The notes under the pieces were generated by a model. That model saw only the letters and a program-made list of their open reading frames with translations, had not been told where the DNA came from and did not search any database. A program made the position numbers and the translations under genes. Shown piece by piece: positions 36,321 to 45,850 of a stretch of DNA of 46,537 nucleotides. Numbering within the stretch: the stretch's first letter is position 1; each line of letters opens with the position of its first letter. The stretch comes from a virus (lineage: Duplodnaviria; Caudoviricetes), in IMG/VR virus record IMGVR_UViG_3300048865_000027, positions 1 to 46,537 of that record. One strand, given 5' to 3'.

Positions 36321-37059
36321 TCGAGAGCGGTACGGAGACCCGGAAGAAGCGCTGCGCGCCGCCTTCCGTGGGCAGCGGGCCGGCATCTGGACCGCCATTC
36401 CGGGCATCGTGCAAGGGTTCGATGCGGCGGCCGGTACCGTAACCGTGCAGCCCGCGGTGCAGGGCGTCCAGCAGGCCCCTGACGGCAGCGTCGCGGCAGT
36501 GGAATACCCGCTCCTGGTCGACGTGCCGGTGTACTTCCCGCGCGGGGGCGGCTGCACGCTGACCTTTCCGATTGCGGCCGGCGACGAATGCGTGGTGGTC
36601 TTCTCGGCGCGGGCGATCGATTCCTGGTGGCAGTCCGGCCAGGTCCAGGCCCCAACGGAGCCGCGCATGCATGACATGGCCGACGGGTTTGCCTTCGTGG
36701 GCCCGTTTTCTCAGGCCACCATGATAGGGAGTGTCAGCACCGCGGCTACGCAGTTGCGCAGCGACGACGGATCAACGTTCTTCGAGCTGAACCCTTCGAC
36801 TCAGAAGATCCGCATCGTGGCGCCGGGTGGGCTGGACGTGGTATCTCCGCTTTCGACGTTCTCGGAGCGGGTGACGATCAATGGTTTGCTGACATGGACC
36901 GCAGGCATGGTCGGCTCCATCGCCAGCGGCGTGGCCACGACCATCACAGGCGCGATCAATTTCATTGGCACGTTGACTTCCAACGGCAAGCGAATCGACG
37001 ACACGCATACGCACAACGGCGTGCAGCCAGGCGGAGGAAACTCCGGCGGCGTCAACTAG
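36313..37059 (+). CDS. Baseplate spike (gp138-like)
   Basis: DVPV.FPRGGG..LTFP...GDEC; C-terminal HTH-NGV metal-binding motif. Confidence 0.88.
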   Translation: MDSRERYGDPEEALRAAFRGQRAGIWTAIPGIVQGFDAAAGTVTVQPAVQGVQQAPDGSVAAVEYPLLVDVPVYFPRGGGCTLTFPIAAGDECVVVFSARAIDSWWQSGQVQAPTEPRMHDMADGFAFVGPFSQATMIGSVSTAATQLRSDDGSTFFELNPSTQKIRIVAPGGLDVVSPLSTFSERVTINGLLTWTAGMVGSIASGVATTITGAINFIGTLTSNGKRIDDTHTHNGVQPGGGNSGGVN

Positions 37060-37067
37060 GGGCAGCA

Positions 37068-37421
37068 ATGCGCTATCGAAAACTGACGGCCGACGGGGAT
37101 TACTCGTTCGGCCAGCAGCAGGCCGACTTTTATCGGAATGTTCCGGAGGCGGTAGGCCAGGCCGTATTGACGCGGCTGGAGCTGTTCACGGGCCAGTGGT
37201 TCCTGGACAGCGACGAGGGCACCCCCTGGCGTACCGACGTGCTGGGCAAATACACGCGCGACAGCTACGACGCAGTCATCCAGGCCCGAATCCTGGACAC
37301 CGAAGGCGTCACGCGAATCGATGACTTCTCCAGTGCATTCAACGAGAACACCCGGAAGCTGACCGTGAGCGCCACGATCACCACCGCCTACGGGCAAACC
37401 ACCGTCACGACGACCCTATGA
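37068..37421 (+). CDS. Baseplate wedge subunit
   Basis: MRYRKL..DGDYSFG...V.TRL.LF.GQWFLD..EG.PW. Confidence 0.8.
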   Translation: MRYRKLTADGDYSFGQQQADFYRNVPEAVGQAVLTRLELFTGQWFLDSDEGTPWRTDVLGKYTRDSYDAVIQARILDTEGVTRIDDFSSAFNENTRKLTVSATITTAYGQTTVTTTL

Positions 37422-38599
37422 TCACCAGCACCGCCGCGGTCATATCCGCCACCGGCATCACGGCGCCGTCGTTCCAGGACATTCTGGATTTCCTCAAGGC
37501 CCAGTATCGCGCCATCTACGGCGAGGACGTCTATCTGGAGCCGGACAGCCAGGATGGTCAGTTCCTGTCCATCATTGCCATGGCGATCAACGACACGAAC
37601 AATGCCGCGATCCAGGTGTTCACGTCGTTCAGCCCGTCCAGCGCGCAGGGCGCGGCCCTCTCCAGCAATGTGAAGATCAACGGCATCGCCCGCGCGGCGT
37701 CGTCGTTCTCGACCTGTGACGTGGTAATCGTCGGGCAGGCCGGCACAGTCATCACCGACGGGGTGATTCAGGACGCCCAGCTGCAGAACCGCTGGAGCCT
37801 GCCGTCAACGGTGGTTATCCCGCTGTCCGGGCAGATCACCGTCACCGCCACGTGCGAAACCATAGGCGCCGTCACCGCACCGGCCGGCACGCTCACCAAG
37901 ATCGCGACGCCAACGCGCGGCTGGCAGACGGTCAACAATCCAACGGCCGCCACGGCCGGGCAGCCGGTGGAATCCGACGCGCAGCTGCGTCAGCGCCAAA
38001 CCGTCTCTGTCGCGCTTCCATCGCGCACTGTCCTGGAGGGCACGATCGGAGCTGTGGCAGCGGTCGAGGGCGTCACACGGTACCGCGCCTACGAGAACGA
38101 CACGAGCGTCACGAACAGCAACGGCATCCCTTCGCACAGCATTTCCCTTGTGGTGGACGGTGGCGACGCCCAGTTGATCGCGCAGGCGATCGCGGCGAAG
38201 AAGACGCCAGGGACGGGCACGTACGGCACGACGACCGAGATCGTGACAGATATCTATGGAATCTCTCATCCGATCAGCTTCTTCCGGCCGACGAACGCAC
38301 CGATCACTGCAACGGTCACCATCAAGGCCTTGACTGGATATACCACGTCTGTAGGTGACGCAATCAAGCGGGCGATCGCCGACTACGTCAATGGTGTGAC
38401 CATAGGAGGCGGCGAAAGCGGGTCGGTGGAGTGGGGGGACGCGATCACGGCGGCGAATTCGGTAGGAGGCGGTGTCACGTTCAAGCTGGCATCGTTGGCG
38501 TTGAGTGGTCCCGGAGGCGCCGGCACGCCCGATGTGGCGCTGGCCTTCAATGCCGTGGCCAGCATGACAGCGGCGAACGTGACGCTCACGGTGACATGA
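37418..38599 (+). CDS. Baseplate J/gp47-family protein
   Basis: IYG.D.YLEPDSQDGQ...ESDA.LR.RQ. Confidence 0.9.
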   Translation: MITSTAAVISATGITAPSFQDILDFLKAQYRAIYGEDVYLEPDSQDGQFLSIIAMAINDTNNAAIQVFTSFSPSSAQGAALSSNVKINGIARAASSFSTCDVVIVGQAGTVITDGVIQDAQLQNRWSLPSTVVIPLSGQITVTATCETIGAVTAPAGTLTKIATPTRGWQTVNNPTAATAGQPVESDAQLRQRQTVSVALPSRTVLEGTIGAVAAVEGVTRYRAYENDTSVTNSNGIPSHSISLVVDGGDAQLIAQAIAAKKTPGTGTYGTTTEIVTDIYGISHPISFFRPTNAPITATVTIKALTGYTTSVGDAIKRAIADYVNGVTIGGGESGSVEWGDAITAANSVGGGVTFKLASLALSGPGGAGTPDVALAFNAVASMTAANVTLTVT

Positions 38600-38600
38600 A

Positions 38601-39263
38601 ATGGCAGATGTCGAAAAGTACCTTGATCTGATCACCTCGTTTCACCGCGGGAAGCCAAATTTCTCCGCCATGGTGGGAGCGGTTGCGCACTGCTTCGTAG
38701 ACGCACAAAACGTCTATGGGCAGATGGTGGCTGCCTATGACCTCGATCTGGCAGTTGGCGTGCAACTGGACGCCGTGGGCGAATGGGTAGGCATCTCGCG
38801 CAACGTGCGCACGCCGCTGGTCGGCGTTTATTTCTCGTTCGACACCGCAGGCCTGGGCTTCGACGAGGGCGTCTGGCAAGGTCCATTCGATCCGGATACC
38901 GGTGTCACCTCGCTCGATGACGATACCTACCGGCTTCTCATCCGAGCCAAGATCGGTGCGAACCATTGGGACGGCACGCTGGATGGATCTGCCGCCATCC
39001 TGAACCTGATCTTCGCCGGTACTGGGACATACGTCTATATCCAAGACAACGGCGACATGTCGATCGATATCGGCGTGGCAGGAACAAGGCCGACGGCCAT
39101 ATTCCTGGCGCTGCTGACCGGCGGCTATATCCCCATCAAACCGGAAGGGGTCCGCGTCAATTACTACATCGTGCCCGACACGCCGGGTCCGCTATTCGGT
39201 TTCGATGTCAATAACGAATACATCGCAGGCTTCGATACCGGGGTCTGGGGCACGCTTTATTGA
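38601..39263 (+). CDS. DUF2612 baseplate protein
   Basis: DLD.AVG.QLD.VGEWVG.SR...LDDDTYRLLIRAKI..NHWDGT. Confidence 0.88.
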   Translation: MADVEKYLDLITSFHRGKPNFSAMVGAVAHCFVDAQNVYGQMVAAYDLDLAVGVQLDAVGEWVGISRNVRTPLVGVYFSFDTAGLGFDEGVWQGPFDPDTGVTSLDDDTYRLLIRAKIGANHWDGTLDGSAAILNLIFAGTGTYVYIQDNGDMSIDIGVAGTRPTAIFLALLTGGYIPIKPEGVRVNYYIVPDTPGPLFGFDVNNEYIAGFDTGVWGTLY

Positions 39264-39274
39264 AAGGAGCATTC

Positions 39275-39922
39275 GTGGCAAACGACTTTCTACCCTTCGG
39301 CACCAGCGTCGGTGCCAACGTGCTCGACCAGGCGAGCTATGCCGCACTCCCGGCCCGCACCGCAGGATTCTCGGCGGGTACGGCAAAATCGGTCGAGCTG
39401 AACAAGGTCTGGCGGCAGTCGGCTTTCATCGCGTCCGTGTTGGCACAGTTCATCGCGGACACGACGGGCCAGAATGTGCTGGACGATGGTAATGCGGCCG
39501 CGTTGCAGGCGAAGCTCGTCACGGCGCTGCGCGGGGTAGTAGCCTCTGAATCGCTTGCGGGGGCGATCCAGATCGCGACGACAGCCGAAGCGCAGGAGCG
39601 GGCCAACGACTCTCACGCGCTGACTCCAAAAAAGCTTGCAGACGCGTTCAAGGGAGCGAACCAACTTCTTGCTTCGCCTGGCTTCCAGATTGCACCTGGT
39701 GGATTGATTCTTCAATTTGGGCCTGCCAACTTCAGCACAGCCGGAGTGGGCAACACTTTTCCTATGGTGTTCCCCAACGCACTCCGCGGAATCGCCTTTG
39801 GAAACTCTGGTCCTAGCGGAACCGCAGTCCTGATTACCGCATACGATTCCTCGACGACAGGTTTTACCTGCCGGTCCAACAACAGCAGTGGTTCTTATTG
39901 GTATCTCGCCTTCGGAAATTAA
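39275..39922 (+). CDS. Short tail fibre (gp53-like C-terminus)
   Basis: NDFLPF....GANVL.Q...NKVWRQS; PGGLILQFG...FP.A...WYLAFG. Confidence 0.8.
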   Translation: MANDFLPFGTSVGANVLDQASYAALPARTAGFSAGTAKSVELNKVWRQSAFIASVLAQFIADTTGQNVLDDGNAAALQAKLVTALRGVVASESLAGAIQIATTAEAQERANDSHALTPKKLADAFKGANQLLASPGFQIAPGGLILQFGPANFSTAGVGNTFPMVFPNALRGIAFGNSGPSGTAVLITAYDSSTTGFTCRSNNSSGSYWYLAFGN

Positions 39923-39931
39923 GGGGAAGTT

Positions 39932-40414
39932 ATGGACTGGTTTGTAAGCGAATCGACTAAAGGGTTCTATCTGGCTGATCTCCGAGAGGTATATGAAAAT
40001 GCGGGAAGCTGGCCAAGCGATGCTCTACCAATAACAGAGACACAATACCTATCGCTTCGCGCCGGCCTCGATAACGGAAAGGTGCTGCATTTCGACGGTG
40101 ACACCGTGACGTTGGCAGATCCGCCACCGCTGACCGAAGATCAAATTGTGGCGGCGAAGGTGGCGATTGTTCAAGCGTTCATGGACGCGAAGGCGCGCGC
40201 GCTCAACTACGATGACATGGCTTCAGCAGTCAGCTATGCCGAAGAGCCTGCCGTTCCCAAGTTCCAGGCGGAGGGCCAAGCGCTCCGTGCGTGGCGTAGC
40301 CTAGTCTGGCAGACCTGCTATTCAATTTTCGATGAGGTCAAGGCTGGAGCGCGAAGCGTGCCGAGCGACGAAGAACTTCTGGCGGCATTACCGGCCCTGT
40401 CGCTTCCGACATAG
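39932..40414 (+). CDS. Tail fibre assembly chaperone
   Basis: Follows the fibre; GFY...WPSDA..IT...; YDDM.SA.SYA...KF.AEG...WRS.VW. Confidence 0.75.
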   Translation: MDWFVSESTKGFYLADLREVYENAGSWPSDALPITETQYLSLRAGLDNGKVLHFDGDTVTLADPPPLTEDQIVAAKVAIVQAFMDAKARALNYDDMASAVSYAEEPAVPKFQAEGQALRAWRSLVWQTCYSIFDEVKAGARSVPSDEELLAALPALSLPT

Positions 40415-40422
40415 GGCCGCCC

Positions 40423-42327
40423 TCATTCGAATGGGATGCTTCGAGCTAGGATAGCTGAAGCGGGGGTTGTCAGATGGCCGTAGTCCCACGTTGAAAGTGC
40501 GAGCGGGTCATCGCGCACTTTGACCAAGCAGCCACTTATTGAGTCGCAGAGTGAGTGATATGCCGATATAAACCTTGCTTGGGACCCGGTAAGAAGGGAC
40601 ATCATTTGTTGGTCTACCGCAATCGGCCGCAAATCAAGGCCGAACTTCATTTGCTTCGGGATCGCAAAATTCCGAAAGTTCTCCATGCCGAGTTCGTAAA
40701 CCAACTTGGGTAGCTTGTCACGCCATTCTGGCGCTGGCCCCATCACGAAAATGCGCTGCACACCTGCCTCATGTATCGCTGTGATCGTAGATAACAGTCG
40801 TCTTCCGAGCTCGGAGTCATGGTGCCAGGAACTGCCGTATACGATCCAACGTGCGAAGAGGACGACGGCTTTTGGCGGGTGTGCCTTGATCACGGAGAGC
40901 ACGTATTCATTGTTTTCAGGGCAGCCAGGAAAGACACCATTGACGCCCAGTATGGGCGGACAGCCATCACGCGCAAGCTCTGCAATAGGCGTTCTTTGCG
41001 GGAGCACCTCAAGCAGTCCCGGATATAGACGTCCGGCGTATGAGTCGCCCCATACCGCGACTACATTGTTGGAGTCCGCGAGCAGAGGGGCGGTGCATTC
41101 TTCTGCAAAACCGTCGGGCGGACGGGTGAATCCTATCCAGCAAGTTCCCACGCGGGCATCATCCTGAAAGTCGACGGTATATGTCGCGATGGACCGCAGA
41201 TTTTGGGGCACCCGCTCTGGCATCCCGTGGGCAACTGCAACTCCTACCGCTGCAGTTCCAGCGAAGGCCACAGCTACGATCGAGCCAATGGGCCTCCACG
41301 AATGAACTGCGGCCCGTCGGATGGGGCGTTCGATATAAGCGTAGGTGGCCCACGCTAGGACGATGCTCGCGGCGATTATCGCGACCTTCGCCGCTGCTGG
41401 GTCTGATGCGTGCGTGATCGCGCCCATAGAGAGCAGGGGCCAATGCCAAAGGTAGAGCGGGTAGCTGAGAAGGCCAACGCACACGGCCAGCCGGTTTGAC
41501 AGCAGCGTTCGGTTGAGCCACGCATCCTTCCCGGCGTAGATGACCAGCGCGGCGCCGGCAGTGGGCAGCAACGCGAGCCACCCTGGGAAGTTTCGTGCAT
41601 GCCCGGATACCGCAATGGCAAGCACAAGCAGGCTCACTCCGGCCACCGACGCTGCTGTAGCGATGGACCGGCGTGCGGGTGTGCGCATTATGGCCAAGAT
41701 CGCTCCGATCATCAGTTCCCATGCGCGGGTGTGGGGAAGGTAAAAGGCGCTTGATGGGTCCTTCGCTGTTATCCAAATGTTCGCGGTGAAGGAGGCGCAC
41801 GCGAGCAGCACTACTCCGATGAGGACGGCCCTCGATTTCCCCCAGCGCCAAAGAAGCGTGACTAGCAGGGGGAACGCCAAGTAATACTGTTCTTCGATCG
41901 CCAGGGACCAGAGGTGCAGAAGCGGCTTGTAGGTTGCCTCCGTATCGAAATACCCCGATTCCCGCCATAGCATGAAATTTTGAATAAAGGCCGCACTTGC
42001 CGCAGCGTGTTCGCCTAATGCCTTGTAGTCATGAGGGCTCAATAGGAACCATCCGGCAACGAGCACGGACATGAGCACCAGCGCCAACGCGGGGAAAATT
42101 CGACGACAACGAGCGAGATAGAAGCCGCTGAAACTCCACGTGCCCGAGTTCAGCCTGTCGATGATTATTCCGGTTATCAAAAATCCAGAAATAACGAAGA
42201 ACACGTCCACGCCGACGTAGCCGCCTGGGAGCACGCCTGGGAACGCATGAAAAAGAACGACGGCTATGACAGCGACAGCACGTAGTCCGTCGATGTCTGG
42301 TCGGTAACTCTCGGGGCTGGTCCGCAT
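40423..42327 (-). CDS. Acyltransferase-3 plus SGNH domain O-acetyltransferase (OafA/OatA-like)
   Basis: YRPDIDGLRAVAV, GYVGVDVFFVISGFLIT, HLWSLAIEEQYY, SYPLYLWHWP, GDS, DYGH; lower GC; alternative start 42369. Confidence 0.92.
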   Translation of the reverse strand: MRTSPESYRPDIDGLRAVAVIAVVLFHAFPGVLPGGYVGVDVFFVISGFLITGIIIDRLNSGTWSFSGFYLARCRRIFPALALVLMSVLVAGWFLLSPHDYKALGEHAAASAAFIQNFMLWRESGYFDTEATYKPLLHLWSLAIEEQYYLAFPLLVTLLWRWGKSRAVLIGVVLLACASFTANIWITAKDPSSAFYLPHTRAWELMIGAILAIMRTPARRSIATAASVAGVSLLVLAIAVSGHARNFPGWLALLPTAGAALVIYAGKDAWLNRTLLSNRLAVCVGLLSYPLYLWHWPLLSMGAITHASDPAAAKVAIIAASIVLAWATYAYIERPIRRAAVHSWRPIGSIVAVAFAGTAAVGVAVAHGMPERVPQNLRSIATYTVDFQDDARVGTCWIGFTRPPDGFAEECTAPLLADSNNVVAVWGDSYAGRLYPGLLEVLPQRTPIAELARDGCPPILGVNGVFPGCPENNEYVLSVIKAHPPKAVVLFARWIVYGSSWHHDSELGRRLLSTITAIHEAGVQRIFVMGPAPEWRDKLPKLVYELGMENFRNFAIPKQMKFGLDLRPIAVDQQMMSLLTGSQARFISAYHSLCDSISGCLVKVRDDPLALSTWDYGHLTTPASAILARSIPFE

Positions 42328-42395
42328 CTGAATATGGATTGGTCTAGGCGGTGGTGATTTTATCGGCATTACTTGCAAACAGCAGAAATTGAACG

Positions 42396-42419
42396 AACCC
42401 GCCCAGCCGGGTTTTTTTT
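42396..42419 (+). terminator. Intrinsic terminator-like hairpin upstream of the lysis genes
   Basis: AACCCG-N6-CGGGTT followed by a T run. Confidence 0.55.
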
Positions 42420-42441
42420 CGTCCATAAACAGGAGCCAGCC

Positions 42442-42732
42442 TTGGCCGACGAATACCTGTCCGAAGCCTTCATCAAATCGCTGCACGCCCAAGTCGTGTC
42501 GATGAAGGACGACATCGCCAGTACGGCAGCGGGCACGCGCGAGAACACCGAGGCGATCAAGCGAATCGCCGAGGACACGCGCGGCATTGTGGAGATGTTC
42601 AGCGCGCTGGAGGGCGGATTCAAGGTACTGAGCGGAATCGGGCGCTTGGCGAAGCCGATCTTCTACATCGCGAGCGCCACAGGCGCGATCCTGGGCGTGT
42701 GGGCCGCCATCAAAGCGGGGTTCATGAAATGA
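42442..42732 (+). CDS. Putative holin
   Basis: TTG start with AGGAG RBS; coiled coil plus C-terminal hydrophobic helix; overlaps the endolysin start. Confidence 0.6.
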   Translation: MADEYLSEAFIKSLHAQVVSMKDDIASTAAGTRENTEAIKRIAEDTRGIVEMFSALEGGFKVLSGIGRLAKPIFYIASATGAILGVWAAIKAGFMK

Positions 42733-43235
42733 TCCCGACCACGCTGAAGAATCGCTTGCTGACTGCGGCAGCCGCCGGCGCGCTGGCCATCGCCGGTGTC
42801 CTGGTCAGCCACTTCGAAGGCCGCGAGCATGTCCCGTATCGCGACCCGGTCGGCGTCTGGACCGTCTGCGAGGGCCACACCGGGCCCGACGTCATCCCGG
42901 GCCGCCGGTACTCGGACGCGGAATGCGACGCCCTGAAGGCCGCCGACCTGGCCGAAGCGGATGCCGCGGTCCGCCGCCTAGTCAAAGTGCCGCTGACGGA
43001 ATGGCAGCGCGCGGCGCTCATTGATTTCACGTTCAACCTGGGCGCCGGCCGTCTGGCTACCTCGACCCTTCTCAAAAAGATCAATGCGGGCGACTACGCG
43101 GGCGCGTGCGCCGAGTACGACGCCTGGGTGAAGGGAAGGGTGGCCGGCCGCCTTCAAACGCTCCCAGGGCTCCAGGATCGCCGCGACGCGGACCAGTGGG
43201 TCTGCGAGCAGTCATCCCCCAATCCGCCCCGATAG
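42729..43235 (+). CDS. GH24 lysozyme with SAR-like N-terminus
   Basis: AAAAGALAIAGVLV then FEG...PYRDPVGVWTVCEGHTG (E-8-D-5-T). Confidence 0.92.
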   Translation: MIPTTLKNRLLTAAAAGALAIAGVLVSHFEGREHVPYRDPVGVWTVCEGHTGPDVIPGRRYSDAECDALKAADLAEADAAVRRLVKVPLTEWQRAALIDFTFNLGAGRLATSTLLKKINAGDYAGACAEYDAWVKGRVAGRLQTLPGLQDRRDADQWVCEQSSPNPPR

Positions 43236-43243
43236 GTGACCAC

Positions 43244-43753
43244 ATGGTCAAGTATGCGATCGCCGCGGCCGCAGGCCTGGCTTTGGCGCTGGCCGCCGTG
43301 CTCGGCATCAGATGGTACGGCAGCCACCAGTACGATGCCGGCCACGCCCAGGCCCAGCTCGAAGCCCAGGCGGCCGCCGCCAAGCTGTCCGAGCAGTACC
43401 GCGCCCAGGAACAGGCCGCACAGGAACAAGCCGATGAAAACTATGCGAAGTACCGCGGCCAGGTCTTGGCCACTCAAGCCCGCATTGCTGGCTCTTACGC
43501 TGACGATGTTGGGCGGTTGCGCAAGCAAATCGCTGGACTGCAATCCGCCGGCGCCGCCGCGCATCCCGCAGACGGCGCCGGAGCTGATGGAGGCCCCGGC
43601 CCTGACGTCATCGGCGCTTTTGCGGCGTGCGCAGGACGATATGACGAAGTGGTCCAGTATGCTGCAGGGCTCGCCGACCAGGTGACAGGGCTGCAGGGTT
43701 ACGTCCGGGGCGCCCTCAACGCCCAGGCGCCCCCACCTTCTTCTCACCAGTGA
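43244..43753 (+). CDS. i-spanin (Rz-like)
   Basis: N-terminal transmembrane helix plus coiled coil, after the endolysin. Confidence 0.8.
   Translation: MVKYAIAAAAGLALALAAVLGIRWYGSHQYDAGHAQAQLEAQAAAAKLSEQYRAQEQAAQEQADENYAKYRGQVLATQARIAGSYADDVGRLRKQIAGLQSAGAAAHPADGAGADGGPGPDVIGAFAACAGRYDEVVQYAAGLADQVTGLQGYVRGALNAQAPPPSSHQ
43434..43685 (+). CDS. o-spanin lipoprotein (Rz1-like), embedded in Rz
   Basis: ALLALTLTMLGGC lipobox followed by a Pro-rich segment, +1 frame inside Rz. Confidence 0.75.
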   Translation: MKTMRSTAARSWPLKPALLALTLTMLGGCASKSLDCNPPAPPRIPQTAPELMEAPALTSSALLRRAQDDMTKWSSMLQGSPTR

Positions 43754-44714
43754 CCTTCCGCGCCGGCTTGTCCTCCCGCACGCCTTGGAATGATGCCTGC
43801 CGCAGGATCCCGCCGTCTGTAATCGTCGTGTATGCCACCTCCACGACAAGCTCAGGCCTGACCCAGTGCATGGTCGGCTTGGAATTGCCGCCCCAGCGGT
43901 CCGACAGCACGGGCTTTTCGATGAACGGCATTTCCTCGGTAGCCAGGGGCGTCAGGCGCTTCATCAGCATGTCGAGCGTACTCCCGCTGAACCCAGTGCC
44001 TACGCGGCCTGAATAGCGCAGCCTGTCGCCTTCTCGCAAGCCGACCAGCAGGGCGCCGAAGGCGTTGCGTGATCCGCCTGGATTGGTCCATCCGCCCACG
44101 ACGAATTCCTGCCTGGGCCGGCATTTAAGCTTGATCCAGGTGTCGGTGCGTCCCGCGCGGTATGGCGCGTCCAGACGCTTGCCGATCAGGCCTTCCAGCT
44201 TCCGCTCGCAGGCCTGCGCGAGCAGCGACACGGCATGATCCCTGGATTCCACCTCGGCGACCGTGCTGCGCATGATGGCGGCGTTCTCGGGCACCCCCGC
44301 CAGGACCGCCTGGAGTGCCTTTGCTCGCTCCACGAAGGGAAAGTCCCGCAGGTCCTTCCCGTTCCAGTACGGGATATCGAATGCCACGTACTGCACCTGC
44401 TTGGCGACGCTCTTGTCCATGGCGTTCTGCAGGCGCTGGAAGCTGCTCACGCCGTGCTCGTCCATCACCACGATCTCACCGTCGAGCCAGCCGGTGCCGG
44501 TTGCCAGCTTCAGCGCCTCAATGCGCTGCACCAGGTCGACAAGCTTCGGCGTCCAGTCCTTCGCCTCGCGGCTGAAGAACCGTACGCCGGACTCATCGAT
44601 GCGACATAGCATGCGGTAGCCGTCGAACTTCAGTTCGTAGGCGTAGCCGCTCGGCGGCGGCCCGTCCACGAGCACGGCCAGCGGCGGCTTGATGAAGTCC
44701 GGCGGCTCTGGCAT
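43716..44714 (-). CDS. ligD: ATP-dependent DNA ligase (LigD ligase domain only)
   Basis: YELKFDGYR, LDGEIV, LEGLIGKR...Y..GR...WIKLK, QEFVVGGWT, GRVGTGF. Confidence 0.9.
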   Translation of the reverse strand: MPEPPDFIKPPLAVLVDGPPPSGYAYELKFDGYRMLCRIDESGVRFFSREAKDWTPKLVDLVQRIEALKLATGTGWLDGEIVVMDEHGVSSFQRLQNAMDKSVAKQVQYVAFDIPYWNGKDLRDFPFVERAKALQAVLAGVPENAAIMRSTVAEVESRDHAVSLLAQACERKLEGLIGKRLDAPYRAGRTDTWIKLKCRPRQEFVVGGWTNPGGSRNAFGALLVGLREGDRLRYSGRVGTGFSGSTLDMLMKRLTPLATEEMPFIEKPVLSDRWGGNSKPTMHWVRPELVVEVAYTTITDGGILRQASFQGVREDKPARKVTGEKKVGAPGR

Positions 44715-44717
44715 GGC

Positions 44718-44897
44718 CTACTTCTTCAGGATCGCGCGGACCTTGTCCACGGAATTGCTGCCGGCGTCCTTCACGGCCTGGCGCAGCTCTTCCGGCGTGC
44801 ACCCGAACTCGTTGCTCCAGTAGCGGACCTCCCAGTCTGCATCCAGGGCGATACGGGCACGGTCGCGCGGGCCGCGGTCTTTCAGGTCATCAGCCAT
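44718..44897 (-). CDS. DUF3606-family protein
   Basis: MADDLKDRGPRDRARI...WEVRYW..EFG.T.EEL..AV. Confidence 0.85.
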   Translation of the reverse strand: MADDLKDRGPRDRARIALDADWEVRYWSNEFGCTPEELRQAVKDAGSNSVDKVRAILKK

Positions 44898-45008
44898 TGT
44901 GTGCTCCTTGGGGTGAGAGTCACCGTAGAGCAAGGGGCATGCCGCCCCGCGATCGGGCTCGGCTATTGCTAATTGTCGGCCGCAACGGGAGCAGGAGCGG
45001 GCGGGACG

Positions 45009-45254
45009 ATGGATCTCATCACCGAAGTTCTTACAGGCTACAGATTCGTTTTATGCGTGAATGTGGTATCGACCTCAGGGCAGTACGGATGGACCATTGA
45101 GGTCCGACCTGACAGCCAGCGTCCATACGTGGCCAGAGCATCTGACCAGCTATTCCCCTCTGCCGCGGCCGCAGCGCGGGCCGGCGTGTTCGAGCTGAAG
45201 GAAGTGATCGCCGCGCATATCGCCGCGCCGCCTATTTCGAAATCTGATCAGTAG
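45009..45254 (+). CDS. Hypothetical protein
   Basis: 81 aa, purine-rich upstream sequence, fills an intergenic gap. Confidence 0.5.
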   Translation: MDLITEVLTGYRFVLCVNVVSTSGQYGWTIEVRPDSQRPYVARASDQLFPSAAAAARAGVFELKEVIAAHIAAPPISKSDQ

Positions 45255-45279
45255 GGACGCGCACGCTTGCGTCGTTCCG

Positions 45280-45585
45280 CTACGCCCAGGTGATCCACCA
45301 TCCCTGGTAGAACCGCCGTCCGTCGATTTCTTCGTACCCCCGCACCATCATGCCTCGGTCGGAGACAAACGTAAGAAGCTGGGGTTCTAGCAGGTCTGGG
45401 ATGCGGGGCGGGCGCGACGCCCCGAACTGCTCGAAGGACGCCACGGTAAAGATTGGTACTGCCCGCTTCAAGCCTTCGTGGTGGACGGTCTGCATGCGCA
45501 CCGTTCCTTTTATGGGTATGTCGTAGTCCTTGGCCTGCAAGGGCTCGCCCATCCGGTGCGTTCGAACAATGTTGCACGTGAGCAT
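45280..45585 (-). CDS. Putative SOS-inducible hypothetical protein
   Basis: 101 aa; LexA box about 20 nt upstream. Confidence 0.7.
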   Translation of the reverse strand: MLTCNIVRTHRMGEPLQAKDYDIPIKGTVRMQTVHHEGLKRAVPIFTVASFEQFGASRPPRIPDLLEPQLLTFVSDRGMMVRGYEEIDGRRFYQGWWITWA

Positions 45586-45604
45586 GGTAGAGCATGTTGA
45601 TATG

Positions 45605-45620
45605 CTGTATGGATAAACAG
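45605..45620. promoter_or_regulatory. LexA (SOS) box
   Basis: CTGTATGGATAAACAG matches CTGT-N8-ACAG with an AT-rich core. Confidence 0.85.
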
Positions 45621-45629
45621 TATATCGCT

Positions 45630-45848
45630 CTATCGAAGTCCGAATGCCGCGCGGATCTCATCGCCGGCCGACCGCTCCTCATGCGTATAGCCATCGCCGA
45701 GTGAGGCGCAGTGCCCAACGATGGTACGGGTGTATTCCAGCAGTTCGGGCGTCATCTCCGCATCGGCGGGGAGGACCCCGCAACTTATCGCGAGTGTCCG
45801 TAAGTCTTCCGGACCTAGCGGGTGGGACGCGAATCCGTCTGGGATCAT
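45630..45848 (-). CDS. Hypothetical protein
   Basis: 72 aa, GAGG RBS, starts just after the SRAP stop. Confidence 0.6.
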   Translation of the reverse strand: MIPDGFASHPLGPEDLRTLAISCGVLPADAEMTPELLEYTRTIVGHCASLGDGYTHEERSAGDEIRAAFGLR

Positions 45849-45850
45849 GT

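Noticed and set aside
39275-42327. Diversity-generating retroelement or invertible fibre system
   Set aside because: No reverse transcriptase, template/variable repeat pair or invertase seen
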